Of a stretch of DNA of 64,000 nucleotides, positions 17,925-27,650 are shown piece after piece (position 1 is the stretch's first letter; every line of letters starts with the position of its first letter). A program made the position numbers and the translations under genes. The stretch comes from an uncultured Caulobacterales bacterium (GTDB lineage Bacteria; Pseudomonadota; Alphaproteobacteria; Caulobacterales; Parvularculaceae): contig CAYQXV010000001.1 in the NCBI GenBank assembly GCA_964421675.1, positions 7,886-71,885 of the forward strand, in the 5' to 3' direction. The notes beneath the pieces were generated by a model. The model saw only the letters and a program-made list of their open reading frames with translations, ran no database searches and was not told the origin of the DNA.

Positions 17925-19163
17925 CTAATTCACTGTTTCATTGGGCTTGCGGAATTCGACATTTTCCGAGACATAAAGATTGATAATATGGGGACGCTCA
18001 TGAATAGCGAGATGAGTCCGGGCCCAATTATCAACCTCGCGGGCAACCGTTTCGTCCGGTAATTTCCGGCTAAGCAATATCACGTCAGCGATTAATCGTT
18101 TTGTCCCCAGCTCCGTTGCCGAAATACGGACATTACAATCTTCAACGGCCTCATGTTGTTTCAGGGTCGCCGCAATATTATCAGGAAATATATTGACGCT
18201 ACCGATCTGCATCGCCCCATCAATGCGCCCGCCCAATGTAAATGTTCTATCAGTTTTCCAGGACAATCGATCCATTGACGGAACCGCGATATTGTCCCCA
18301 TTACTGCAGTGGCGAACAATTTGTGTTTCAAGCGATTCCGGGCCCGATCCTCGGTGCCAATGCTCAAACAAAACAAAATCATCACTTGGCGTGTCACGCC
18401 ATGCAACCAGTCCGGATTGTGTAGAGCCGTATAACTCACGCAAGACACCAATTCCATTACGCCGCATATCAGAGGCGAGCTGCACCGACATTGGCTCTCC
18501 GAAACTAACACCCATGGTATTATCTGGCGCTGTAATCGATTCTCTTATCAGGTAAGCCCATAGTGACGGGGTTGCGACAATAACATCACCAAAAGCAAGG
18601 GCCTTTTGCAAAAGATCAGGTGAAAGACGCCTTGCATCGATAGTCTCTATATCCATTAAGGCAGGGGTAAGCACGCCAATCACAAATCCAATTAAACTAT
18701 GGGGCGAAATCATTGACACAAGTCGGCGCCGGCCATGCAGCAAGCTCGCCGCTGCTGCCGCTGCTTGATACAGGCTATCGGTGGAATGGGCGCAAAGAGC
18801 TGTATCGTCGCCATGACTTGCTGGCCGAAAATTCAGCGTTAAGAACGAATTTTCTATATGCAGTTGCACCTTTTCAGCGCAATTTTGTAACGCATTGGAT
18901 GATGACAGTCCGTCAAGAGACCCCGGCACCATATTAAAAAACTCTTCAACACGTTGCCCAACCGCGCTGAGGGTCTCATCATCACCGCCTACACCAACCT
19001 CTCCAAGGGTCATTTCCAGCGACCAGACCACATCACGCATCTGATCTGTGACCAAAGAGCGGCGCGCAGGATCTTGCGCGGTCAGCAGACCCTCGATTAT
19101 TTGCAAGATATTTGCGTGGCTAAGCGTAAATGCTTTCACTGAAGGCGCTCCAAATTTTTGCAT
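17925..19163 (-). CDS. Short adenylate-forming (ANL/AMP-binding) superfamily-like protein with a degenerate P-loop
   Basis: ELYGSTQSG (A5-like), NGD, and GGRIDGAMQIGSVNIFPDNI (A8-like). The protein begins at KFGAPSVKAFTLSHANI, where SGTTGxPK-x-SH-N would normally sit. An in-frame stop lies 5 codons upstream of the listed ORF start (TTG, 19166). Confidence 0.5.
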   Translation of the reverse strand: MQKFGAPSVKAFTLSHANILQIIEGLLTAQDPARRSLVTDQMRDVVWSLEMTLGEVGVGGDDETLSAVGQRVEEFFNMVPGSLDGLSSSNALQNCAEKVQLHIENSFLTLNFRPASHGDDTALCAHSTDSLYQAAAAAASLLHGRRRLVSMISPHSLIGFVIGVLTPALMDIETIDARRLSPDLLQKALAFGDVIVATPSLWAYLIRESITAPDNTMGVSFGEPMSVQLASDMRRNGIGVLRELYGSTQSGLVAWRDTPSDDFVLFEHWHRGSGPESLETQIVRHCSNGDNIAVPSMDRLSWKTDRTFTLGGRIDGAMQIGSVNIFPDNIAATLKQHEAVEDCNVRISATELGTKRLIADVILLSRKLPDETVAREVDNWARTHLAIHERPHIINLYVSENVEFRKPNETVN

Positions 19164-19338
19164 CAAAGAGGCGAATAATCATGCTTGTTATTCATGCCCG
19201 CAATTGAGGCCAGTTGGCAATATACATTTAGAGCCTGCCGATTGCCCCCGCAAATGCCCCACGGTCATTTTCACGGTTGGTGTTCGCGGGCAAATCATAT
19301 TAGAGGGGAATTATCCCATATAACAGGAATCATACCCT

Positions 19339-20541
19339 ATGTCGTCTCAACATGCTTCCTCCCCAACACATAACCCAATGGCCGTCAGTTCTGCGCAGCC
19401 ATTTTTTAGTGTAGCGCTTGCAGTCCTAATTGGCGTGATCGCCTATGTTGGAAGAAGCGTATTGATCCCATTTGTTATTGCGGCGTTTATTTGTTTTTTA
19501 ATCTTTTCACTACGCGAGAGCGTTAGCCGCATCCCTGCTATTGGAAAGCATTTGCCAGGCTGGCTTTCCTACCTTCTGGCATTTGCAATCATCATTATGG
19601 CGTTCGTGATTTTCATTGCGATCATTCGCAGCAATGTGGGTGAGCTGTTACGGGTTTGGCCAGAATATGAAACAAGGCTCAAAGATATTGCCGGTCAGGG
19701 CTTAAATTGGTTTCGATCTCTTGACTTTCTGCCCCCCGAATTAGTTGGCAGTATGACAGAGATTAAAGATGCTGCCTTCAGTATGGTAACCCCTGCCCTA
19801 CGCCAAGCGGTTGGATCTCTTGGCGGACTAACGTCTAATATGCTGACCCTTGGCACCGTTCTTTTTTATATGGCCTTTATGCTCATCGAACGTGGCCGAA
19901 TTTTCCGAAAGATTGGGCTCATCAGTGCCGTGAGAAACCAGGAGCATGCGGTTAACGAGACCATCAACGATATTGCGATTTTGGTTCGGCAATATATTTC
20001 CGTAAAGACAATTACAAACCTGGTTACCGCCGTGACCATGTATATCATCATGCGCATAGCGGGCGTTAATTTTGCCGGGTTTTGGGCGTTGTTAATTTTC
20101 GTCTTTAATTTTATTCCCATTTTTGGAGCGGCTTTAGCGATACTATTGCCAGTCTCCCTCATGATTGTTCAACCGGGCGGCGGATTAGTCAATGCTCTCA
20201 TCCTGCTTGGATTTATGATCGGCGCAGAGCAGACCATGAGTTCTGTTATCGAACCAAGATTAATAGGACGCACACTGAATCTCAGCCCGCTCGTCATTTT
20301 GTTCTCTCTTGCTGTATGGGGAAGCCTGTGGGGCTTTACCGGTATCTTATTGGCGATACCGATGACTATCACAGTCATGATTATTATGACCCAATTTCAT
20401 GTAACCCGGCCAGTTGCTATATTACTGTCAGATAATGGTGATATTGCTGAAATGAAACACGCCGATTCTACTCGAACGGCGATGGCTCTTGAATCAACAC
20501 AAAAAAATAAACAAGAGCCACCCCAGCAAAGCCCGGCTTAA
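19339..20541 (+). CDS. AI-2E family transporter (PerM/UPF0118)
   Basis: 400 aa polytopic. Typical C-terminal pattern IPIFGAALA...IEPRLIGRTLNLSPLVILFSLAVWGSLWGFTGILLAIP. Confidence 0.85.
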   Translation: MSSQHASSPTHNPMAVSSAQPFFSVALAVLIGVIAYVGRSVLIPFVIAAFICFLIFSLRESVSRIPAIGKHLPGWLSYLLAFAIIIMAFVIFIAIIRSNVGELLRVWPEYETRLKDIAGQGLNWFRSLDFLPPELVGSMTEIKDAAFSMVTPALRQAVGSLGGLTSNMLTLGTVLFYMAFMLIERGRIFRKIGLISAVRNQEHAVNETINDIAILVRQYISVKTITNLVTAVTMYIIMRIAGVNFAGFWALLIFVFNFIPIFGAALAILLPVSLMIVQPGGGLVNALILLGFMIGAEQTMSSVIEPRLIGRTLNLSPLVILFSLAVWGSLWGFTGILLAIPMTITVMIIMTQFHVTRPVAILLSDNGDIAEMKHADSTRTAMALESTQKNKQEPPQQSPA

Positions 20542-20543
20542 TT

Positions 20544-21065
20544 TCAGGCGCTCATTGCGGATAATAGTTCACCGAGCGCATCCTGAAGGCCCAATATGCC
20601 TTCACGGATAACGCTAATCGCTTCTCCGGTTTCAGCGGTTTCATCAGGGCCAAGACGGTCAGCTTCTTCAAAAAGCTTGTTCTCCGCATCGTCAAGGCGT
20701 GACTCTACTCCGTCAAACGCCGATTGCGTTGCCGCTAACGATGCGCTGCCAGCAGTTCGGAAAACTGCGCGCACAAAAATACCGATGAAAGGAACAGACC
20801 TAATTTCTTCGCGGGCTTCATGAACCTCATCGATCGCATCAAGAATTTCATATCGAGCGTCTTCAAAATCGCCTTGTAAGGTTGCAATATCATTCGCGTT
20901 AAGCGCGACCAGCTCTTCAAATAAATCTTCACTATCGAAGTCGAAATCGAAATCGCTAATCTCTACATCAACACTCGCCGCGTGCGCGCTTACCGGCGCG
21001 AACGCCATGAATGCAGCTGCAGATGCAGCAATGAGGAGGCCCTGTTTATTTTTGATCATAGCCAT
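20544..21065 (-). CDS. Hypothetical secreted acidic helical protein
   Basis: Signal peptide ending VSAHA, then an Asp/Glu-rich predicted helical sequence. AAAGGA lies upstream of the ATG at 21065. I recognise no family. Confidence 0.4.
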   Translation of the reverse strand: MAMIKNKQGLLIAASAAAFMAFAPVSAHAASVDVEISDFDFDFDSEDLFEELVALNANDIATLQGDFEDARYEILDAIDEVHEAREEIRSVPFIGIFVRAVFRTAGSASLAATQSAFDGVESRLDDAENKLFEEADRLGPDETAETGEAISVIREGILGLQDALGELLSAMSA

Positions 21066-21313
21066 AGCAGCGATCCTTTCGTGACTAGGAATGTGTGCTG
21101 CAATCAAACGCAACTGTCTCTATGAGCAAGCCCTAATGGATAGGCCCTGAGATGTTGCAGCAAAATCTGGGTTCTGAATAATCATTACCAAAGGCTAAAT
21201 TAAGGCAAGGGCTGGGTCGATGAGACGATCCCAAAAATCGATCAGATGTTAAATGACGGCAGTATTTGCGCGGATAAAATCACAAGCGCTGGCCCCTTTC
21301 CCCAGGTTGAGAT

Positions 21314-22075
21314 ATGACATGCCAAATCACACCAAACCGGACCGCCTTTATTTTGAGCCTCACGCATCCAAAAGATTTTCTGATCGACCGCATTCTCTAT
21401 CGCGACGGGCTGATCCTGGTGATCAATAAACCGGCGGGACTGGCTGTGCATGGGCAACCGGGCAACCATCATCAGACCCATGACCATCTTGAACGATATT
21501 TTGATGCCATCCGTTTTGGCTTGCCGCGCCTACCGGCCCTCGCCCACCGCCTGGACCGGGACACGAGCGGCTGCCTTGTCCTCAGCCGTCACCCAAAAGC
21601 GGCCCGTAAGGTTGGCAAACTCTTTCAAGAGGGGCGCGTTCGCAAAACCTATTGGGCCTTGTGTAAAGGGACCCCTGAAAAACGGTCCGGAACGATTGAT
21701 TTTCCGTTGATCAAGAAAAACAGCCCCAAAGGGTGGTCGATAGAAGTTGCGGTCCCCGCCACCGGTAGCGAAGACACTAATGACGAAAAGGCCCAACAGG
21801 CCATCACGGTATGGCGCACCCTAAAGCGTGAAGGCGATTTAAACTGGATTGAATGCCGGCCAAAAACTGGGCGAACCCATCAACTACGCGTGCATCTTGC
21901 CGCGATAGGATTACCGATAATCGGGGATAGTAAATATGGGGTGGCGCTTGATAAAACCCCGATGATGCTACACGCCCACCATCTGTCGATCCCTCTATCC
22001 AGCAACAAACCGCCTATCGACGTCACCGCGCCGCCGCCTACAATCATGGCTGAAATGCTGGAGACCTTACCCTAA
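21314..22075 (+). CDS. RluA-family pseudouridine synthase
   Basis: ILVINKPAGLAVH, the HRLDRDTSG catalytic Asp motif, and RTHQLRVHLA. Confidence 0.85.
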   Translation: MTCQITPNRTAFILSLTHPKDFLIDRILYRDGLILVINKPAGLAVHGQPGNHHQTHDHLERYFDAIRFGLPRLPALAHRLDRDTSGCLVLSRHPKAARKVGKLFQEGRVRKTYWALCKGTPEKRSGTIDFPLIKKNSPKGWSIEVAVPATGSEDTNDEKAQQAITVWRTLKREGDLNWIECRPKTGRTHQLRVHLAAIGLPIIGDSKYGVALDKTPMMLHAHHLSIPLSSNKPPIDVTAPPPTIMAEMLETLP

Positions 22076-22077
22076 CC

Positions 22078-23328
22078 TCAAGATGGGGTCGCTGCCCGGC
22101 TTTCGAGGGCATCCATAACCGAGAAAATATCTTTGTCGCCGCGCCCACACATGTTCAGCAATAAAATCTGGTCCCGGTCCATGTCACCGGCTTTATCGAT
22201 CGCCCGTGCCAGCGCATGAGAGGGTTCGAGCGCCGGAATAATCCCTTCCAATCGTGCACAAAGCTGAAAACAGGCAAGCGCTTCTTCATCGGTTGCCGAC
22301 AGATAGGTCACCCGGCCGCTCTCATGGAGCCAGGCATGTTCCGGCCCAATGCCGGGATAGTCGAGCCCAGCGGAAATAGAGTGCGCATCAATGATTTGCC
22401 CATCATCATCCTGCAATAAATAGGTGCGATTGCCATGCAAAACGCCCGGCCTACCGCCCGTTAATGATGCAGCATGCTCATTGGTCTCTACGCCTCGTCC
22501 CGCAGCTTCTACGCCTATTATTTCGGTTCCGATATCATCTAGAAAAGGGTGAAATAACCCAATTGCATTCGATCCACCGCCAATACAGGCCATAATGCAA
22601 TCGGGGAGACGCCCCTCCATCTCCTGCATCTGAACCTTGGCCTCCTCGCCAATAACTGACTGGAAATCACGAACCATTGCCGGATAAGGGTGGGGACCGG
22701 CTGCGGTGCCGATAATGTAGAAGGTATCATCAACATTGGTGACCCAATCGCGTAGGGCCTCGTTCATGGCATCTTTAAGCGTGCCGGTGCCGGATGTGAC
22801 GGGTATGACCTCAGCGCCCAACAGCTTCATGCGGAAGACATTCGGCTTTTGCCGCTCAACATCGGTCGCGCCCATATAGACCACGCAAGGCAGGTTAAAC
22901 CTGGCGCAAACGGTGGCCGTTGCGACCCCGTGCTGACCCGCACCGGTCTCGGCGATAATCCGGGTTTTACCCATGCGCTTTGCCAACAATATCTGGCCAA
23001 GGCAGTTATTGATTTTATGGGCACCAGTATGATTCAACTCATCGCGCTTGAGGTAAATCTTCGCGCCCTTATTGCTCGCCATACCCGGTTGCTCACGGAC
23101 ATACTCGGTCAATCGCTCAGCAAAATAGAGGGGCGAGGGTCTGCCCACATAATGCTTCAGAAAATAATCCATATCCGCTTGAAATGATTTATCTTTTCTG
23201 GCCAGGCCATACTCTTTTTCGAGCGCCAGAATGAGCGGCATCAAGGTTTCGGCAACAAACCGTCCGCCAAAATTACCGAACCGTCCATCCCGATCGGGAC
23301 CCTCGCGAAAACTGTTTTGTAAAGACAT
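22078..23328 (-). CDS. trpB: Tryptophan synthase beta chain
   Basis: [27 protein letters not shown] (PLP Lys), GGGSNAIG. Confidence 0.97.
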   Translation of the reverse strand: MSLQNSFREGPDRDGRFGNFGGRFVAETLMPLILALEKEYGLARKDKSFQADMDYFLKHYVGRPSPLYFAERLTEYVREQPGMASNKGAKIYLKRDELNHTGAHKINNCLGQILLAKRMGKTRIIAETGAGQHGVATATVCARFNLPCVVYMGATDVERQKPNVFRMKLLGAEVIPVTSGTGTLKDAMNEALRDWVTNVDDTFYIIGTAAGPHPYPAMVRDFQSVIGEEAKVQMQEMEGRLPDCIMACIGGGSNAIGLFHPFLDDIGTEIIGVEAAGRGVETNEHAASLTGGRPGVLHGNRTYLLQDDDGQIIDAHSISAGLDYPGIGPEHAWLHESGRVTYLSATDEEALACFQLCARLEGIIPALEPSHALARAIDKAGDMDRDQILLLNMCGRGDKDIFSVMDALESRAATPS

Positions 23329-23375
23329 GCATCAACCATCAAAAAGGAGTCATTTTAGAAGCAAACCGCTTGGCA

Positions 23376-24083
23376 CTACCCAGCACTTGCGGCGCGCATT
23401 TCAGCCATAGCCGCTTTAGCCGATCCGATAAAGTCGCTGATCAAAGCAGGGTCTTTTTGTCCCGGTTTCCCCTCAACACCGGAACTGACATCAACCCCGG
23501 TAAAACCAGGATATTGTCCGACTTGTTGAATAGCATTGGCGACATTTTCCGGCGTCAGTCCCCCGGCAAGAATCCAGGGCACGCGCGCGGTCATACCGCC
23601 AAGAATTGACCAATCAAACACATTGCCATGCCCCCCGCCACGGTCAGACTTTGCCGGCGGCTTTGCATCGCATAAAATTAAATCGGTATGACGTTCAAAC
23701 AATTGCACATCATCAAGATCACTTGGCCCCGCAATTCCAATTGCCTTCCACAGGCCAATCTCAGGAAACCGGGCTTTAACAGCCTGCAAAAATGCCGGGG
23801 TCTCATCCCCATGGAATTGTAATGCGTCTGGCGACCAGTTCGAGACCACTTCGTCAATATGAGAAAGTTCAGGGTTAGATAAAAGCGCGACACGCGATAG
23901 CGCGGGCGGACATTGCTTTGCGAGCGCTTGCCCATCAACCATGTTTAAATATCTCGGTGATTTTGCGACAGAAACGAATCCAACATGGCTCGCTTTTGCA
24001 TCGGCCACAGCGTCAAGCGTCGCCTTTGTTGTAATCCCGCATATTTTTACAAGGTCGCACAATGTACCCTGCTGGTTATTCAC
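23376..24083 (-). CDS. trpF: Phosphoribosylanthranilate isomerase
   Basis: VKICGIT, LQFHGDE, ILAGGLTPENV. The start is uncertain. The GTG at 24083 overlaps the lapA stop (GTGAATAA). The longest ORF reaches 24125. Confidence 0.85.
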   Translation of the reverse strand: MNNQQGTLCDLVKICGITTKATLDAVADAKASHVGFVSVAKSPRYLNMVDGQALAKQCPPALSRVALLSNPELSHIDEVVSNWSPDALQFHGDETPAFLQAVKARFPEIGLWKAIGIAGPSDLDDVQLFERHTDLILCDAKPPAKSDRGGGHGNVFDWSILGGMTARVPWILAGGLTPENVANAIQQVGQYPGFTGVDVSSGVEGKPGQKDPALISDFIGSAKAAMAEMRAASAG

Positions 24084-24414
24084 TTTTGAGGACAGGCAGC
24101 GTTTCACCATCAGTGCTGGCTTCATTGCGGACGGCTAATTGCTGTCGCAATGTCTTGAGCTCTTGGCGCATCTCACGATGGCGCTGGCGTTTGGTGGCGC
24201 CTTGAGACCACATGCCAAGCATGCCCAGCACCATACCGATAGCGACCATGATCATAAACCAACCCCAAAGCGGGAGGGGAATGCTGGTCAGAAAGCCCGA
24301 CCCATCATTGAAAGGGTTGAAACTAACCGCAACGCTTTCGCGATTTGCGATCATGAACACGACCGCGATCAAACCGAGCGGCACCATAATGAGCAATTCA
24401 AGAATTTTTTTCAT
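24076..24414 (-). CDS. lapA: LapA-family (DUF1049) inner-membrane protein
   Basis: Two TM helices followed by a basic coiled tail (KRQRHREMRQELKTLRQQL). It has the conserved alphaproteobacterial position between ihfB and trpF. Confidence 0.65.
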   Translation of the reverse strand: MKKILELLIMVPLGLIAVVFMIANRESVAVSFNPFNDGSGFLTSIPLPLWGWFMIMVAIGMVLGMLGMWSQGATKRQRHREMRQELKTLRQQLAVRNEASTDGETLPVLKSE

Positions 24415-24494
24415 CGCAATGAAATGCCACAACCCGTCGCGGGTTCGCAAGCCACCTTTTGTGTTCGAGAGTAGGTTTACGCAAATAAAGCCGT

Positions 24495-24788
24495 CTAAGC
24501 GTCTTTATCACCCGGATTAAGGCGCTGGCGCATCTCTTTGCCCGCTTTAAAAGAGGGCGACCATTTTTCCTCAATCGCCACAGATTCACCCGATCGCGGG
24601 TTGCGCCCGACCCGTGCTGGTCTGTTTTTGACGGAAAACGCACCAAAACCACGCAGTTCGACCCGATCTCCGCGGGCAAGCGCCTCGGTAATTTCATCAA
24701 AAACAATAGACACAATGCGTTCTATATCGCGGTGATAGAGATTGGGATTATCATCCGCCAAACGCTGAATGAGTTCAGATTTTATCAT
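24495..24788 (-). CDS. ihfB: Integration host factor subunit beta
   Basis: [11 protein letters not shown]...[40 protein letters not shown] before the ATG at 24788. Confidence 0.92.
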   Translation of the reverse strand: MIKSELIQRLADDNPNLYHRDIERIVSIVFDEITEALARGDRVELRGFGAFSVKNRPARVGRNPRSGESVAIEEKWSPSFKAGKEMRQRLNPGDKDA

Positions 24789-25039
24789 AGCGCACCTAAC
24801 TCCTCCCAATAGACTATCTTGATGCACAAAATTGGGATTTCATAGAATGAACCAGATATTGCATCGGCAATTATGCTGTTAGAAAACATTTGGGTTCGCT
24901 CGAAAAATCACGCATATTTCATGCACTTAGGCGATAGCAACAATGTCAAAACATAGCTGCGTCGTCAAGCCGCTTCTCATCAGCTCTCGCTGCGCCTATG
25001 TCAGTATGAGCGACAATCACAATAAAAGGCCATCGCATA

Positions 25040-25864
25040 GTGTCCCACAGTGAAAACCATCATGACGATGAGGCTAAAATCGATTTTGGCTTCAAGACCG
25101 TTAACCGCGACGAGAAGGTCGGTCTGGTTCGCGATGTCTTCGATTCTGTCGCCGATAATTACGACCTAATGAATGATGCCATGTCCCTTGGGATTCATCG
25201 TTTATGGAAATCGGTCTTACTCGACCGCCTAAGCCCCCAACCTGGCCAGGTGCTGATCGATGTTGCTGGCGGCACTGGTGATATCGCCAATGGATTTTTA
25301 AGCAGAGCGCAAACAAGAGATGCGCGCGCTTCGCGCCAATCTACCGAGAGTTCGCCTGCCCGCGCAATTGTTTGCGACATTAACCATGCAATGTTAGCCG
25401 CAGGTCAAACGCGCGCGCAGGATGCCTCTCATTCAGATTATCCCTATAATGATCAAATCTCCCGGGTTTGCGGAAATGCTGAGCGCTTACCATTCCCCGA
25501 CCGATATGCTGATGCATATACAATCGGGTTTGGGATACGCAACGTGACCGATAGAGATGCGGCCCTGCGCGAAGCATACCGCGTGCTAAAACCGGGAGGG
25601 CGATTTATTTGCCTGGAGTTTTCGCGTCCTATCCTTGCCAGTCTTGAAAAAATTTATGACCAATATTCATTTTCAGTCATTCCATGGCTCGGCGAGAAAA
25701 TCGTCGATGACCGAGAGTCATATGAATATCTGGTGGAATCAATCAGAAAATTTCCCACACAAGATGCATTTGCCCAGCAAATTTCTCAGGCAGGATTTTC
25801 ACGCGTAACCATTGAAAATCTGTCCGGCGGGATTGCTGCCTTACATCTGGCATGGCGGTTATAA
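25040..25864 (+). CDS. ubiE: Ubiquinone/menaquinone C-methyltransferase UbiE
   Basis: YDLMNDAMSLGIHRLWK, SAM motif DVAGGTGD, FGIRNV, LKPGGRF. Confidence 0.9.
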   Translation: MSHSENHHDDEAKIDFGFKTVNRDEKVGLVRDVFDSVADNYDLMNDAMSLGIHRLWKSVLLDRLSPQPGQVLIDVAGGTGDIANGFLSRAQTRDARASRQSTESSPARAIVCDINHAMLAAGQTRAQDASHSDYPYNDQISRVCGNAERLPFPDRYADAYTIGFGIRNVTDRDAALREAYRVLKPGGRFICLEFSRPILASLEKIYDQYSFSVIPWLGEKIVDDRESYEYLVESIRKFPTQDAFAQQISQAGFSRVTIENLSGGIAALHLAWRL

Positions 25865-25952
25865 TGCCCATCATGACTCAATCTTTCCTTAGACGAGAAC
25901 GGCGCCAATCTCGGCCGCAAGCACCGCGCGTACTAAGGTAGAGGCCGCCATA

Positions 25953-27530
25953 ATGATCAGCTATATCACCGATTTTTTTCGGCTATGCGGTGCCGGTTGG
26001 GCATTGACCCGACGTGATGCATTACTGCCGGTTGAGTACGATCAGGTCTATCCCTTGCCATTGCGGGTCTTTGGAGCTGCCAGCCGCATCGGGGCAAAAA
26101 CAACAGATGATGGCCGCGCCATGCGCCCCGGCGAACGGTTGGCCAGCGCCCTTGAAGGGCTTGGCCCTTTCTATGTCAAAACGGGGCAGTTTATGGCAAC
26201 GCGCCCGGATATTATCGGCTTTGAAATGGCCGATGATTTGTGCCGCCTGCAAGATCGCATGCCGCCCTTTGAGCGCGACATTGCCGTAGCGGAAGCAGAG
26301 CGCGCGCTCGGAAAGCCGTTAAATGATCTGTTTGCAGATTTTTCAGAACCGATTGCAGCCGCATCCATTGCCCAAGCCCATCGCGCCACCCTTCATGATG
26401 GCCGCGATGTTGCGGTAAAGGTTTTACGCCCTGGCGTTGAGAAAAAAACCGCGTCTGATTTTCGCGCGCTGCACAGATTTGCACGGTTTGTCGAAAAAGT
26501 TTCAAAACGCATTAGACGCCTTGAGCCGGTTAAGCTCATTGAGACTTTGCAGGAAGCAGCCCGGCTAGAACTCGATTTGCGTCTGGAAGCGGGGGCTGCA
26601 TCCCAGATGCAAGATAATCTTGTCAAAGATGATCATATTCGCATTCCCGAAGTTGTTTGGTCTCATTCTTCGCGCCGCGTTTTAACAATTGAATGGATTG
26701 ACGGCACACCAATTTCAGATGTGCAAACTCTGGACGCGCGAGGCATCGATAGACCCAAACTTGCCGTCCAAGTCATGCAATCCTTTCTCCATCAGGCATT
26801 GCACCAAGGGTATTTTCACGCCGATATGCATCAGGGCAATATGATCATTGATCATCAAGGCCGACTTGGCCTCATCGATTTTGGTATTATGGGACGCCTC
26901 GATGAAGAAGCGCGGCGGACATTTGCAACCATTATCTATGGCTTCATTAATCGCGATTATTTAAAAACAGCCCAAGCCCATTTTGATGCAGGCTATATTG
27001 CCCCGCACTATAGCGTAGAGTCATTTGCTCAGGCGCTTCGCGCCGTTGGCGAACCTTTATATGGTCAGGATGCAGACCAGATGGATATGTCGCGAGTCCT
27101 GCAACAATTATTCGATGTTACAGACATGTTTGACATGCATCTTCGCCCTGAACTTGTCTTGCTCCAACGCACAATGGTGACCGTCGAGGGCGTTGCGCGG
27201 CTGTTAAATCCGAAAATCAATATGTGGGAAACGGCAACGCCGGTCATAAGCTCCTACATCAATAGCGAGATCGGCCCCACATATCAGCTCAAGCGTTTGC
27301 AAGACGCGACCATAAAAATGATCGATATCGCGCCGCGCTTGCCGGACTATATTTCAACCATCGCGCATGCCGCCGAGCAGGTTTCTGACGAAAAGCTGGG
27401 CCTGTCCCAGCAAACAACAAATCAACTCGCAAAGGCGCTATCAGCGAACGATAAAAAAACACGTCTCGCCCTGTGGTTTGCGGGGCTGAGCGCCTTAATC
27501 TTATCGTTAACCCTGATTTTCACGCGCTAA
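25953..27530 (+). CDS. ubiB: UbiB (ABC1/ADCK-type kinase-like ubiquinone biosynthesis protein)
   Basis: LGPFYVKTGQFMATRPD, AAASIAQAHRA, VAVKVLRPG, FHADMHQGN, IDFGIMG. C-terminal TM segment. Confidence 0.9.
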   Translation: MISYITDFFRLCGAGWALTRRDALLPVEYDQVYPLPLRVFGAASRIGAKTTDDGRAMRPGERLASALEGLGPFYVKTGQFMATRPDIIGFEMADDLCRLQDRMPPFERDIAVAEAERALGKPLNDLFADFSEPIAAASIAQAHRATLHDGRDVAVKVLRPGVEKKTASDFRALHRFARFVEKVSKRIRRLEPVKLIETLQEAARLELDLRLEAGAASQMQDNLVKDDHIRIPEVVWSHSSRRVLTIEWIDGTPISDVQTLDARGIDRPKLAVQVMQSFLHQALHQGYFHADMHQGNMIIDHQGRLGLIDFGIMGRLDEEARRTFATIIYGFINRDYLKTAQAHFDAGYIAPHYSVESFAQALRAVGEPLYGQDADQMDMSRVLQQLFDVTDMFDMHLRPELVLLQRTMVTVEGVARLLNPKINMWETATPVISSYINSEIGPTYQLKRLQDATIKMIDIAPRLPDYISTIAHAAEQVSDEKLGLSQQTTNQLAKALSANDKKTRLALWFAGLSALILSLTLIFTR

Positions 27531-27650
27531 AAGCAATGGCATAACCGTGAAAACACATGAACGTGTGCTTTTGCGATATAGAAGCCGCCAGCAACCCGTT
27601 TATTCGTCCCCGTTCCAGTGCTATAGGGAGTGTGAAAAGGAGCTATTCCA

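Noticed and set aside
25380-25387. Another TTAACCAT 8-mer
   Set aside because: It lies inside the ubiE coding sequence, far from any promoter, so it is probably a chance occurrence. It is a reminder that the flp-upstream motifs need a background-frequency test.
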